In this document: positions 24,886-36,960 of the stretch, piece by piece
Layout: each line of letters starts with the position of its first letter
Numbering within the stretch: the first letter of the stretch is position 1
Assembly (NCBI GenBank): GCA_012026655.1
Contig: JAAILG010000005.1
Span: forward strand, 1-64,000
Length of the DNA stretch: 64,000 bases
Reading direction: 5' to 3'
From: Hydrolagus affinis
Taxonomy: Eukaryota
Translations under genes and position numbers: made by a program
The notes under the pieces: generated by a model
Databases searched by the model: none
Told to the model about the DNA's origin: nothing
What the model saw: only the letters and a program-made list of their open reading frames with translations

Positions 24886-27604
24886 ATTCTCTCTCTGAAC
24901 TTCTCCATCTACAAAAATCATTCTCTCACTATTCAATGAAATTCCACATCACCCTCAATCCACATCTCTTCTCACCCTAAAAGAAAATCATCCAGTGTCT
25001 TACCTGAGCACATCTCGTGATTAATTCTGTGCTGTCCTTAAGATGCCATATTAAAGCAAGGTCCCATCTGTCCATTCAAGTGGATGTTAAGGAATTCAGG
25101 GCACTATTTGAAAAAAAGGGAGTTTCAATATTTTAGCCAACAATACCCTGGATAGAACACTGAACATTTAATGGCAATCGACAGGAACTTTACTTTGGAC
25201 AAAATGAATGCTGCATTCACCTACAATTGCATATTTAGTAAACTTTATACGTGAAGCATTTTGAGATGTTTAAATATAGTAACTCAACTATTATTACTGT
25301 ATTTCAAACTGTACAACTGCATTTTACTGAAGAGAAATAAAACCTTTACATTCTGTTTTGTATAATGTAGAATGCAATCTTATTTTATTATTCCCTAAAT
25401 GTCCTGGTCTACATCACACAAGGTTGCGAGGATAAAGGGATTCAACATAGCTCCAATTATAAGGGATGGGCTTTAACTCATTGGAGATCCATTATCTCAT
25501 TTTATGTTATGTTGTGTTGTTACTGTTGCTGTGTATGTTGCTGTAATGCCAGCAGATCATGCCACACCTATCCAGCCCAGGGCATTGCAGATTACAATAA
25601 CAGGTTTTGAATTTCTGTCTCCATCAATTACACATATAATATAGTAAATACAAGGAAGATGCAAAAGCCGTTTATTGCAAATCTAAATACACAAAATATA
25701 TATATATTTTTAAATTCATAAATAATTTTTACCACAACCAAAATTCGAGGAGTAAGCAGAACCTGTAAGCAAACCTGTGGAATATAAAAAAAAGTTGTAG
25801 GATGGGCTTTCACAATTCACTTGTGAATTTAGTACTGTACTTGTAGGTCCTTTTTGTTTAAGATCATGTATTGAAGTTAAGATGATCATTGTTGGTACTA
25901 CAGAAGAGCAGTTCAGGTAGAGAAAACCCTCTATTAATAATGATTCACCCAGATACTTATTTGTAATGCCTACTGAACCACTGGGCCATAGATTTTTACC
26001 AAACATTCAGCCCATCATGTATGTGCTGGCACTTTGAAAAGGCAATCTCTTCAGTCCCATTTATTTGCCTTTTCCCCATTCTCCTCGTAGATTATTCCTC
26101 TTTTCTGTTCAAGATATATTCTCTTATTCTATTTGATTTAGTATTTTGAAAATGATCTCCAGGGCTTCACAATGAGTTCATAATTTTATTGAATACAGTG
26201 GAATCTGCTAATCAGGAGGGATAATCTGCTTTACGTTATAGCAAGTGGCGAACACAGTGACAGTGATTAGTGTGGTCTGAATATAGCGTTACAGCTCACT
26301 TGTCTGTAGCCCTACATGGTGGACTTGTGATCATGCCTAAAACTCCCTTCTCTTTTCAAATAGTGCCTTGGGATCTTTAATGTTCATCTGAACAGGCAGG
26401 TGGGATCTCGTTTGAATGTCTCATCTGAAGGATGCACCTCTGACAATATAACCAACACTCTCCCATCACTGCATTGGCATGTTATCTTTGTCCATGTGAT
26501 TCCAAGTCCCAAAATGGGGCTTCTGATTTAGAGGTGTGAGATTGGTGCGACTAACCAAGCTGATACAGTTCTATATAGTATGATCCATGCAGCAACCCTG
26601 ATCCAACGATGTTATCTTATAAGACGCTATGTAGTGACACTGGATTTTCTGACCTCATCGACTCATTCAAAACTCATTGAGCTAATCTCAGATTAGAAAA
26701 AATAATTACATAGGGATCTCACTGATACAGTGGTGTTTCAGGTAATCATTGCACGTATACCACATGCGGTTTTATCAGGCAGGAGTAGGCTGGTTTCTGC
26801 TCTCTTGAGGAATGTATGGGACAGTTGGTGGCTCTACATAAAATCACAGCACACAGAACAGAATCATGGCTCTACACGTCCCAAGGGAAGACATCGAGAA
26901 AATTGATTGGAAGATACAAGGGGCACCAGTCACAATTGTTGACTCTGATCAGTACCTTGGATCTTGGTGGACAGCAATTTCAGCCTGGACACTGTCCTGA
27001 AGGCTAACCAAAGAAAACCAAGCTAATTTTACTTAAGATATTGGAGTTATGAGAGAAGAGAGTTTCAAGCATCCTTCTGTTCACGTGGAACACATGTAAA
27101 GTTCAAGTATACAGCTAGTTACTATTATCCCTACATATTATATAAGTTGAAACAAAATGTCTAATGTAATCAATAAATATCACATCTGTGTAGTGTTCTG
27201 TGAATAGAAAACACATGAAATGTAACAGTAACAGGTACAGTTCAGCGAATACTTCAGATTTATTATAAAAACATATTCAAATAATAAGCAAAGGCAGACT
27301 TCAAACATAAATTGACACAAGTCAGAAGTAATGGCATGCTGTGAGATTTCCGGTGGGGTAAAGACAACGTGCAAGGGAAAAAGAGTTAGGAATTCATCTT
27401 TATTACTTAGGTCAGATTGCAAACATGTGTAAGTGATACAGTGGGGAAAATAACCCCCATTCAAAAAAAATCGAGTAGTTGCAGAAATTCTTAGTCTTTC
27501 ATTATGCCCCATTAGGTCAGATAAGCTCTTCTTTCCAAAAGTAATTGTTTGCCATCTTGAATTGCTTAAATTGAGCTTTATCCTCTACCTCAGCCCCCTA
27601 TCAC

Positions 27605-27660
27605 TCCAGATAACATATGGACATCCAGATAACATATGGACATCCAGATAACATATGGAC
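27605..27660 (+). repeat. Tandem repeat, 19-bp unit x3 (TCCAGATAACATATGGACA)
   Basis: Three contiguous copies, identical except that the third lacks the last base. Confidence 0.95.
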
Positions 27661-30220
27661 CGGGAAAGTATTAGTGTTGATACTAGGGCAGAGGAAGGGA
27701 ACCAGAATCAGTCAGGTATCCATCCCACTGTTTGATTGCAAGCCAGTGACCCCAATGAAAATTCAGGTGTGCAGCTGTCATTAAAAATCATACCCAGAGT
27801 TAGCTGTGATTCCTTCTGAGATTGAACAGTTTGTCAGCTACTTTACCACTAAGGCTCACACATGGCGAATGGCTATTCGGGCGGTTAATAAAGGGAGCCT
27901 GGAGAATTACAAGTCCGCGTGGAGGAAGGAAGAAAATTTTCCAACATAGGATATACAACCTGCTCGCAATTTTTATACTTTTTTAAGGGCAGAAAGGTAG
28001 GGTCGACCAATCAAATCACAATCAAAAAACAAAATAAAATGGATTGTGTGCAAAAGAAAACTGCTTCTCAAATAACTGTTCCAATGAAGCTTGTCTTATT
28101 TTGCACTAAAATTAATGAAAATGTTTTCATTGTTTTGTTCAATTTTACACTTGTAAGCTATGTTTAAAGACAGTAGAGGGCATCCTCTCTCTTTCATAGA
28201 GTTTCACACTGCCCTCTGATGGTCTGAATTTATAATCCATGCAAATTAAAACAAACGAGATAGAGGTTGCAATTTCATAATTTTTGCTGATGGGAGTTCC
28301 ACTGTATCTGCCCAAATTAGTAAATGTTTTTTTTAATCCCTTCGATTCCTTCAAGACCCAACGGTTCAATCTTATAAAAGTTGTGAATGAATCAAACTCA
28401 CCTGGGAACAAATCAATCAGTGACCAATAAATTTACTCTACTAAGAATTTAGCGCTGTATCCCACATCGCATTTCGATTGTTTTCACTGCATGCAAGAAA
28501 AACCTGTAAGCAGAGAATGATTAAGACATGTATGTGATTGAATCAATGAGATGGATTATATTGGAAATAAACAAACAAGTAATGAAAGATCTTTAAAGAT
28601 CCCATGGCATTATTCAAAAGGAGAAGAGTTTCTCCCGTGTTTGAGCCTGCAATCCCCCAAGTAAAATTAATGGTTGTTTGTGGGATACTGCTGCATGCAA
28701 ATTGGCCACTGTGTTTGCTACAAAATACACTTTACAGTCTTCCTGACATGACAGATGCTATATAAATGTAAATTTGCGCTGTATTTTCTGTGAAATGCTT
28801 TTCTGCCAATTTGTATCGTCAAAACGCAGCCTTTCAGAGTGAAGGCTAGGTAGAAGATGAAACCTGTACAATGATAATAATAACCTATAAACTGCTTATC
28901 GGGTGGTAAGAATATTTTCAATGTGGTTCACTCAATTTGTAGGTTGTGAAAATGCAAACGAGATTAATCAGCACTTTTCAAATCAAATCACAGAAGTGTA
29001 ACCTCCATCACCAATAACCAATGGATGTGAAGAAACAAATCCAATTCAGGATCCTGGTGCAATGGTACAATGAACCCCAAAGTAGTTCACTGTTGCAATC
29101 TCAGTGTCCCTAAAGAGTAATAAAGACATCAGTACCTTATTGGAATTATAGTTAAATTGAAGCTTCTGGAAACATTATCTTATTGTGTTCTCTGTTAAAA
29201 TACATACTATTGATTGCTTAGACCAGGTTAATAAGAAGAAAATATTGCGTATGTGTGTGTTCATGGGGTGGGGGGAGAATGGACAGTGTCAGAGTTGCAT
29301 CTATTCAACTTGGAGAGAAAGGAATTCACAGGAGTCTAATCCTGTTCTTACAGTTCTTGATCCACAAAAAAACACACAAGACAGAATCTCCAGCAGGGGG
29401 TACAGTACTCCTGAGAAATGGAAATACTGCCTGATCTTCCTTTGCTCTAGCCCAGCGAATGCTGAGGTTAAGTGTAGTGTCCCAACCTTCACCCTAGCTG
29501 AGATCAGCTAACCCTGCGTAGACCAGCATTCAAACCGCCAACCCTTATGTTTTTTTTGTGTTGCTGCAGTGTAACACTGTTTTTACCAAGGTTCTAAAGG
29601 GATCTATCAATAAAATCAAACTGACAGGTTATGGATGAGTTGAAGACAATGTAGTTTAAAATGCAATCGACACGAACTGGATTCAAGGTGTTATTTGGGA
29701 CTTTCAGTTTGCAAACTTCAGATGTCTAGATTTGAAAAACAGTCGAGAAGCGAGAAAGTTTGACTTCTAGCTTGAAAATATCACAATTTAGACCAAACTG
29801 TCTCACAACTGATTTTGAACTGCTGTTGGAGTTTTTCCACTGATGGAAAATTCCAGGAGAGAACAGATGAGAGCTGGGAGTCGTTAATCATACGTTTAAG
29901 TTGTGGGATAGAAGTGTGGACTTACAATACATGTGTTTGATGACAAGAAACACGGCAAAAAGGAGTTGGCAGAAATTATAAACTAGGAAAGCAGTGTTGC
30001 TCAGCTCATAAGGTGACACAAAGGTAGGAAACGGTTTTCCACTATACCAAGGGGATGATGTTACTAGGTACATTTTGGTGCCAGTTCTGCCAAGTTGGCA
30101 GAGACCGATTTAGGGAGTCATTCTGTGTATCTCTTGATATATGAAGAAAGCATACCTAACTCTGCTATTACAAATCCACAATCTGAAATGCTCTTTGAAC
30201 AACAAGCTGAACACAGAGAA

Positions 30221-30502
30221 AATAATAATAATCCTTGCATTTGATATCGCGCTTTTCACATGCTTCACAGAATATACTGTGAGGTGAATTGACTGGATAT
30301 TTATGGGCGAAACGCGGCAGCCAATTGGGCACAGCAACATCCCACAAACAGTTGTGGATTGAAACTGCCAATTTTTTTGGGAGGCATTATTATTAGGCAT
30401 TTGGAGTAAGGAAACTTGCCCAAAGGTTGTCCTGACCTGCCTGGATTCCAACACAGGTCTCTCGCTTGTAAGGCGAGTGCTCTAACCACTGAGCACGACT
30501 CC
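30221..30502 (-). mobile_element. Young tRNA-derived SINE
   Basis: Same head, body and tail as 13393-13697. Confidence 0.9.
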
Positions 30503-31063
30503 AAAATGCTGCAATCCACATATAGTCACTTGCTGCATAGCTGTTTGTGGGACAATGCTGCCCACAAACCACGCCTCACATTCAACAGCATTTTGCAGTA
30601 CTGTATATACTGTGAAGTGTTTTGAGACATCTATTGTTATATGAGTGCAAAATGTGCAACATTTGGGGTTAGTCAAAGGAGGCACTCCACTGTCAGCCAC
30701 CGTTTCTCTTTGCTGTTTGATGTCAAAAGGCTGGAGGAGGTGTTAGTGGAACCATACCCCTCGGGAAAGGAACGCAGAAAAAGGGGAGTAAAATGATGGG
30801 GGATTATTCTTGGAAGAAATTTTCTTTGGAGGGAGTACGAATGAAATTGACTTGTGAAAGTGAGAGCAGCATTTAAGCATTTGAGATAAAAGTGAAGGCA
30901 CTGGGTGTAAAACGTTTCAAAATATTCCTTGCTGCTGAACCTAAGTCCCATATGGTCTGCAGGCCAGGTTTCCTATAATATTTCCCAACCTCTATCTTCA
31001 AATGCACAGACTTGAAGGTTGCAAATGTCAAGTGAGTATAGCACTCTTACCGAAACAAAAATC

Positions 31064-31098
31064 CTGCCATCCAGTGGCCAAGTGTAAAACAGCAACAG
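31064..31098 (-). promoter_or_regulatory. Candidate CTCF site
   Basis: Minus strand TGCTGTTTTACACTTGGCCACTGGATGGCAG resembles the CTCF core plus upstream motif. Confidence 0.55.
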
Positions 31099-32228
31099 GT
31101 TCCATAAAATGAAAGGCAGACTCCTAAAAAATCTCTTCCCTGCTAAATTTCAAAATTAAAAGTGACGTAAATTTTGAGTAAATTACATTTGTCCTCATCG
31201 TGTCTTCCAGCTTCATCCACTTTTAAATTATTTTGTTGACCTGGGCAAAATTCTACGTGATAGTTCTGGTGAAGTGGATTTTGGCAATAAGCCTTCAAAT
31301 GAATATAGGGTTTACTGTAACCAGATTTAGTTGCTATTTACTTGGCTTGGGCTATGCTCCTGCTGATTGAAGCTTCAAAGCAAAAATGCCATTTATTCTG
31401 GAGTATTGCCATAAACCATCAACATTCTGTCAAGTGCATCAACTTCACATCACTTATACAATCCCTGTCAAATGAAAATGTTAACACATTGCAATGCACC
31501 TGCTCCTCTGAAAAAAATAGCCCTTTGTTACACTGACACTGTTCAGTACTTTCCTTTTTCCCCCCCTCTTCTGCTCATCGTGACTGTAATAACTGTGATG
31601 TTATTCTTTATTTCATCTCAGTTGTAGGCCCGCCTTAGAGCTACTCTTTTTTTTATATATACAGCAAAAAAATGAATAGTTTAGTGAAACAATTTTACTC
31701 ATGTCAGTTTCCCAACCAGAGGCAAGTGTTAAGTGACACACTTTTCTCCTTTAGTATTGGAATGCGATTCATCTGCTTGATAAGCTAACTTTATACTTTG
31801 GTGGTTGCGCTGAAATTCTTGGAAGTTTACAGTTTCAAGCAATTTAATGTAAAAACTTCGAAACGGTGTCCAGATGTTACACGGTTTTCTTAAATAAACA
31901 ATTGAAAATATAATTCAGTCATAAAACCCTACATTAACATGGGAAAGAACCTATACGTTAAGCACTCGTTTACAATATTTTACAGAATGTTTTGGCAAGC
32001 TTTTAATAATCTGAGGGCCACATGTATTTCTGTATTGCAACATACGCACATTTGTTAGGTTTACTGGTTCCAATATCAATATGTGAATTGATTCAGTTTT
32101 CTAAAACATTAAACCCTCTATTTCTTTGTTTCTCTTGGCATTCTTCTGAATGATCCAATTTGAATGCCATGAAGTACAAATTCATTCTGTTGATTAACAG
32201 CAGGACCTTTGGCCATCAATGACACTAA

Positions 32229-32397
32229 GGGGTGATTCGTCGGTCGTCGGTAAATTTACGGCACAGTGTGAGTGTGTAACGTGAAATCCCATTATAAACT
32301 CACACCGCCAAGGTCCGTAAATTTGCAGAACAGCAGAGAATACGATGTTCTCGCTCGACAAGGTCTGTAAATTTACCGACGACCGAAGAATCACCCC
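32229..32397. mobile_element. PIF/Harbinger-like MITE with 31-bp TIRs
   Basis: GGGGTGATTCGTCGGTCGTCGGTAAATTTAC and its inverse with one mismatch. A diverged relative starts near 49039. Confidence 0.8.
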
Positions 32398-32934
32398 CAC
32401 ACGATCCTAAAAATCGAGTTCACTTTCCCCTCTCACAGCTGCAGAGAAATCAGCAGCATCATGACTTTCTGCCTACAATTGCTGGTGGATTTGCTGAGCT
32501 GAAGTAAGTTGACTCGGTCATGTCATTCAAGGTACCGTGTGTGTCAAAGTTTTTAAATGATACCTACCACAAACCTTCTTCTCACAGGTGGTCTGAATTT
32601 GGTTGTAGCTGGTCCTTGCGAGCAGATTTAATATTTCATAAGCACCGATCCATCTCATGCCTGTGTTATTGACACCACATGGAAGTCAGGAAATTGGTTC
32701 TTTCTGGGAACAGTTTGCAGAAATATGCAGGCTTCTTTCTCATGGGGTGCATTAACAGAGAGGCTTACGATTACTAGTAATGATCCTTCTCCAGATGTTA
32801 GCGGTCTTTTAACTCTATCTTCAACTTCAGCCTGAAAGACAAATTAGATGGGTTGGATTCTGAGCAGTGCACTAACTTTATGCAATGTTTATTTGCCATT
32901 AAATGAATGCAATGTTCAGAAAGATTTCTCCCCA

Positions 32935-33330
32935 TTTCTCCAATGGCTTAATGAGTAAATGCAACATCTAGTGTAAAAAATCAAGCCATACAGACCAAAT
33001 GGTCCCAGGTTTATTTCCTGTGTGTGCTGAGGAACTGCACTGAGCCAGAGTAGGAGTTAAGGTGTTACAATTGCTTTTTAAACTACTGAGCTAGGAAAGA
33101 GTCAAATCAGCACTTGATGTCTGAAAAATGGATGAACGTGCGTGGATGTCAGGTGTGGACAGGATTGAGCTCTGCTGTGATGCCCTCCACAGTCAAATTA
33201 TCTGGTGACAATTACTGCCTAAGTGCACACATGAGGAATGGCCAATTTGCTTAGATAGAAGAGTGGGGGCTGGCGCTAGCGGCAATGGATCTCAGCAGCA
33301 ATTTGTGTATCCAGGAGAGGGCCTGGGGAG
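32935..33330 (+). mobile_element. Ancient SINE resembling AmnSINE2
   Basis: GCCATACAGACC..GGTCCCAGGTT..GTGCTGAG..TACAATTG..GGACAGGATTGAGCTC..CTGTGATGCCCTCCACAGTC..CACACATGAGGAATGGCC. Related copies at about 2040-2250, 27660-27910, 29330-29550 (-), 37020-37230, 40370-40590, 41800-42020, 47600-47830 and 53840-53910. Family name from memory. Confidence 0.65.
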
Positions 33331-34719
33331 AAAAAGGCAAAAGACCCATCCATGTTTCTTCCTTATTTGTTATACTGATGTAGCATACATCATTTTACAA
33401 TAGATTTGTTGTGGAGCCTGAACCAAAATTCTTGGTCTGTACTTTAAGTACAAACTAGATTCAGCAAGTGCTTAAATGTATTGACCTATTCTCTGCAGTG
33501 GCCATTGTTTTAATGTATTGACCTATTCCCTGCAGTGGAAATTTAAACTGTAGTAATGAGAGTTAAGGGTGAAATTGATCACATCTGACTTGTAAGATAT
33601 TAAATCTTCAACCGGGCGCCTGTTGTGATTAAAAATATAAATGTTTGCAAATTTTTAGCTCAGTTTAGCACCAAAAAGAGAGCCATGGGGTCTACTGCTC
33701 TAATACACAATCATTCAACTCATGCATCCAATTTCAAGAGAGAATGTTGTAAAGAGTGACTTCTCCTGTCTGGGCTGTTACACTGGCAATGACACATTGC
33801 TAACTGAAACAGCTAAGAGGTGTGCTACCGGTTCATACAATTCTATAGACTGTAACCAATTAATCCGTTGCGATGTTCATAATCCACATGAGCCTCCACC
33901 CTTCCTAATCTCCTCTCCAATGACCCTCGATTAACCTGGAAACTTGGCAACAACAGTGATCACATTGCATCTCCTGTCTGTCCGTTCTTGGTGCAAAAAA
34001 ACAAATCTGATTTGTTGTGTCTTTTTTTATATAAAAAAAGTCAATGTTTTGATTCAGTGTTGTTCTGATGTTTCTCAATAAATCTAAATTTTTACCAAAT
34101 TTACCCAGTTTTTTTTAATGTAAAAAATTACTCTCTCACTCTCCCATCCCATTTTTGATTAGAAAATCGAGGGGGAGGTGGGGTGGGGGAAGAAAGAGAG
34201 GCAGAATAATTTGACATTCAAAATTACTATCAAAATTCTCCCTCTCTCCCTGAAATATCCCCCAAATGACTTTTAAGGTCCTTACCAACATTTGACTGAT
34301 TCAGGTGTTCAAATCTAACATTAAAGGTGATGCCCAAGGTTGTAACAAAAAAAATTATCTTGTGTTTCAGTACTTTATTGTAAATTCTCAAGTACAGATA
34401 TGAACTGTGAAGAAGGGTGCGCCAAAAACACTGGGAGGAGCGTCTAGGTATAGTGAGGAAAAAACTGGTGATTGTGCCAGCGCTCGCTGTCCATTACAGG
34501 GAAAATCCAAGTGATAAAGTGTGAATCACTCACCATGAGCATACTCATCTTATTGTGTGTGGCCCAGTTCTGCCCTTAAACAAGAACAATGTCACTGCAG
34601 ACACCAGAGAGGTTTTGCAACTGATCTGGGGGTCCAAGATGGATCGTATCTGCAGGAAAACAATGCCCAAAGCCCTGGAAACAGGAAGAAAAAGGTGTCC
34701 CAAATGTAGCCCTGATCCT

Positions 34720-35500
34720 CATGGCCACCTTTGTGTGTAGTTGTCTGAGGTTGTGTCTGGAGACCCGCTCTGCCGGCAACAAATGCTGCTACGTAATAGG
34801 TTTTTACCTGTACCCGATGCTAAGAAGGGTGTATCTGACAGAACTGCCTCGAAACGTTCCGTATACAATAGTTGGAGCCGAAACACCAGTCCTACATAGA
34901 CAGCTTCCTGAAAAACACCATTCCAGACCCCCGCGCAATCACCAAGTGGGTCCGTGCAACAGGCAGTTGCAATGGTTCGAAAGTGGGCCCAATTGGGATG
35001 TACCCTGGGGCGATGGCCAGCTCCATCTTGTCACCGGTCCTGACCAACACAATTCAGGACACAGTGTGGCTGGCGATTAAAGGGGCCCTCTACCTCAGGG
35101 CGTTCATGTACAATTGAGGTCTGGGCCAGTCAGCACGCTGCCCTCGGGCCGGCTACAGAGGGAAAAGGACCGTGGACCACCTCTTCCTGGAGTGTAGTTT
35201 TGCAAAGATGGTTTGGAGAAAGATGGAGTGGATACTCTCGTGGTTTGTTCCCGGGGACCTTCTGTCACGGCACTCGGTGACGTACAGCCTCAGCACTGCA
35301 CTGAGGCCGTACAACGAAACCCACGTCGAGTGTGCCTGAAGAATCATAAACTCGGTAAAGGAAGCCCTTTGGCATTCCCGAAACAGGGTGCTCTTCCGGC
35401 AGAAATGAGAGGATGGTGAGAGCATGTCTCAGGTCCACGTACGCCAGCATCAGGGAGTGTGTGTTGAGGGACAAGCTGAAATTCGGATCAGGCCAGCTGG
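34720..35500 (+). mobile_element. Tx1/L1-clade LINE ORF2 3' fragment (zinc-knuckle region), disrupted
   Basis: Reads LTNTIQDTVWLAIKGALYLRAFMYN*..CPRAG..TVDHLFLECSFAKMVW..VKEALWHSRN, with in-frame stops. Confidence 0.85.
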
Positions 35501-36379
35501 GGCCCGAACCCGGCAGGAGACGATTCTGCGCAAATCTCTCAGGCGGCATCCACCGGGCAGCCCACCAGCGGCCCCCGAGACGGTTGTTTGAAAGAAACGG
35601 AAAGGCACAAAAGCACCCTCGACACGTAAGCAAAGAGCGTTCGGAAATGCAAAATAGACACCTGTGTGCATATGGTGCCCAATGGGGCGCCTTCTGAAAG
35701 CAGCGGGTGACCTCCTCAGGGTGAGCCCAGGCGTACGCACAGTTGTGGTGCACACAGGGGCAACTCCCGATTGTTTAAACGGTACGTCCCCCCAAAAAAA
35801 ATGGGTGGACAAATTGTGTATTTGGTTTGGGATTCATGTCATCAACATATTTATAAATAGATACAGTATACATATTCTAAAAAAATGCTAAGAGTAAATA
35901 TTTTATATGCATGTAAAGATATGTTTTATATAAGCAGCATTTCTAGTTTAGTTCCCGAGGGCTCAGTTACGTTCTTGCCATTGAAATCACTTGAGCTTGG
36001 TTGAATTTAGCCATTTTGCACCGTTTAATATATTGTGTGCTCTGTGGTCAGTTAGTTGCACACAACTGCTGGAAATAAACCCTGGGGTTTGGCATATTTA
36101 CAGCAATCATTTGCTTCATAGTTTACATTTCTGTTGCAAATGCATGTCGCTGATCGCGCCAACATTCATAAATAGTAAATCTTTCGCAATATCCTGCAAT
36201 GCTTAATGCTTCCCTAAAATCATTAAAAGTACAGCATTGTCACAACCATAAAAAAAATGTTTAAAAACATGGAAAAACTGCAATTGTTTCCAATGTTTGA
36301 TTATATCGACTGGGTCTCGGGTGAGTTCACAATATCACAAGATTAGTTTGAATGAAAAAGGCTAATTTAATTTGATCTC

Positions 36380-36960
36380 ATCTTCCAAAATATCTACCCT
36401 CACTGTTCTCCCATCACAGCATTAAGCTGCGTTCTAATGAATCCTCTGGACTTTTTAAGCAAATTCAGTGATTTCGCCTCAACCACTCTTCCTGGCAACC
36501 TGTTCCAATCCCTCTAGTTAAAGAAAAAAAGTTTGAGGTATCTGTCTTGAAATTTCTGTTGGCAACTCCATAGTAATAATAATAATCCATGCATCTGATA
36601 TACTGTAGTGCTTTTCACTTCTTCTAGACGTCTCAAAGCAGTTCACAGAATATATTGTGAAGTGAGTTGACTGTACATGTGTGGGCAAATGTGGCAGCCA
36701 ATTGGACACAGCAGTATCCCACAAATAGTCGTGGATTGAAATGATCAATTTTTTTGAGAGAGATTATTATCAAGCGTGTGGAGTAAGGAAGCTTGCCCAA
36801 GGTTTTCCCCTGCCTGGAATCAAACCCATGTCTCTCACTTGTAAGGCGAGTGCTCTACTGCCTTGGTGCACTCTAAAGTATGGTACTGTACCTACTTTTT
36901 CCAACTGCATTTAAAATGTTATACACCTCTAGGAGATCCCCCTCCGAGACATCTTCTCTG
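36380..36960 (-). mobile_element. CR1 fragment interrupted by a young SINE (36574-36857)
   Basis: CR1-like reverse-strand sequence on both sides of the SINE. Confidence 0.6.
36574..36857 (-). mobile_element. Young tRNA-derived SINE (5' slightly truncated)
   Basis: Same family. Confidence 0.9.

Noticed and set aside
27605-27660. CRISPR-like direct repeats
   Set aside because: No spacers, no cas genes, eukaryotic context.
35153-35891. Several 68-162 aa ORFs
   Set aside because: Alternative frames of the Tx1 LINE relic and its GC-rich extension.
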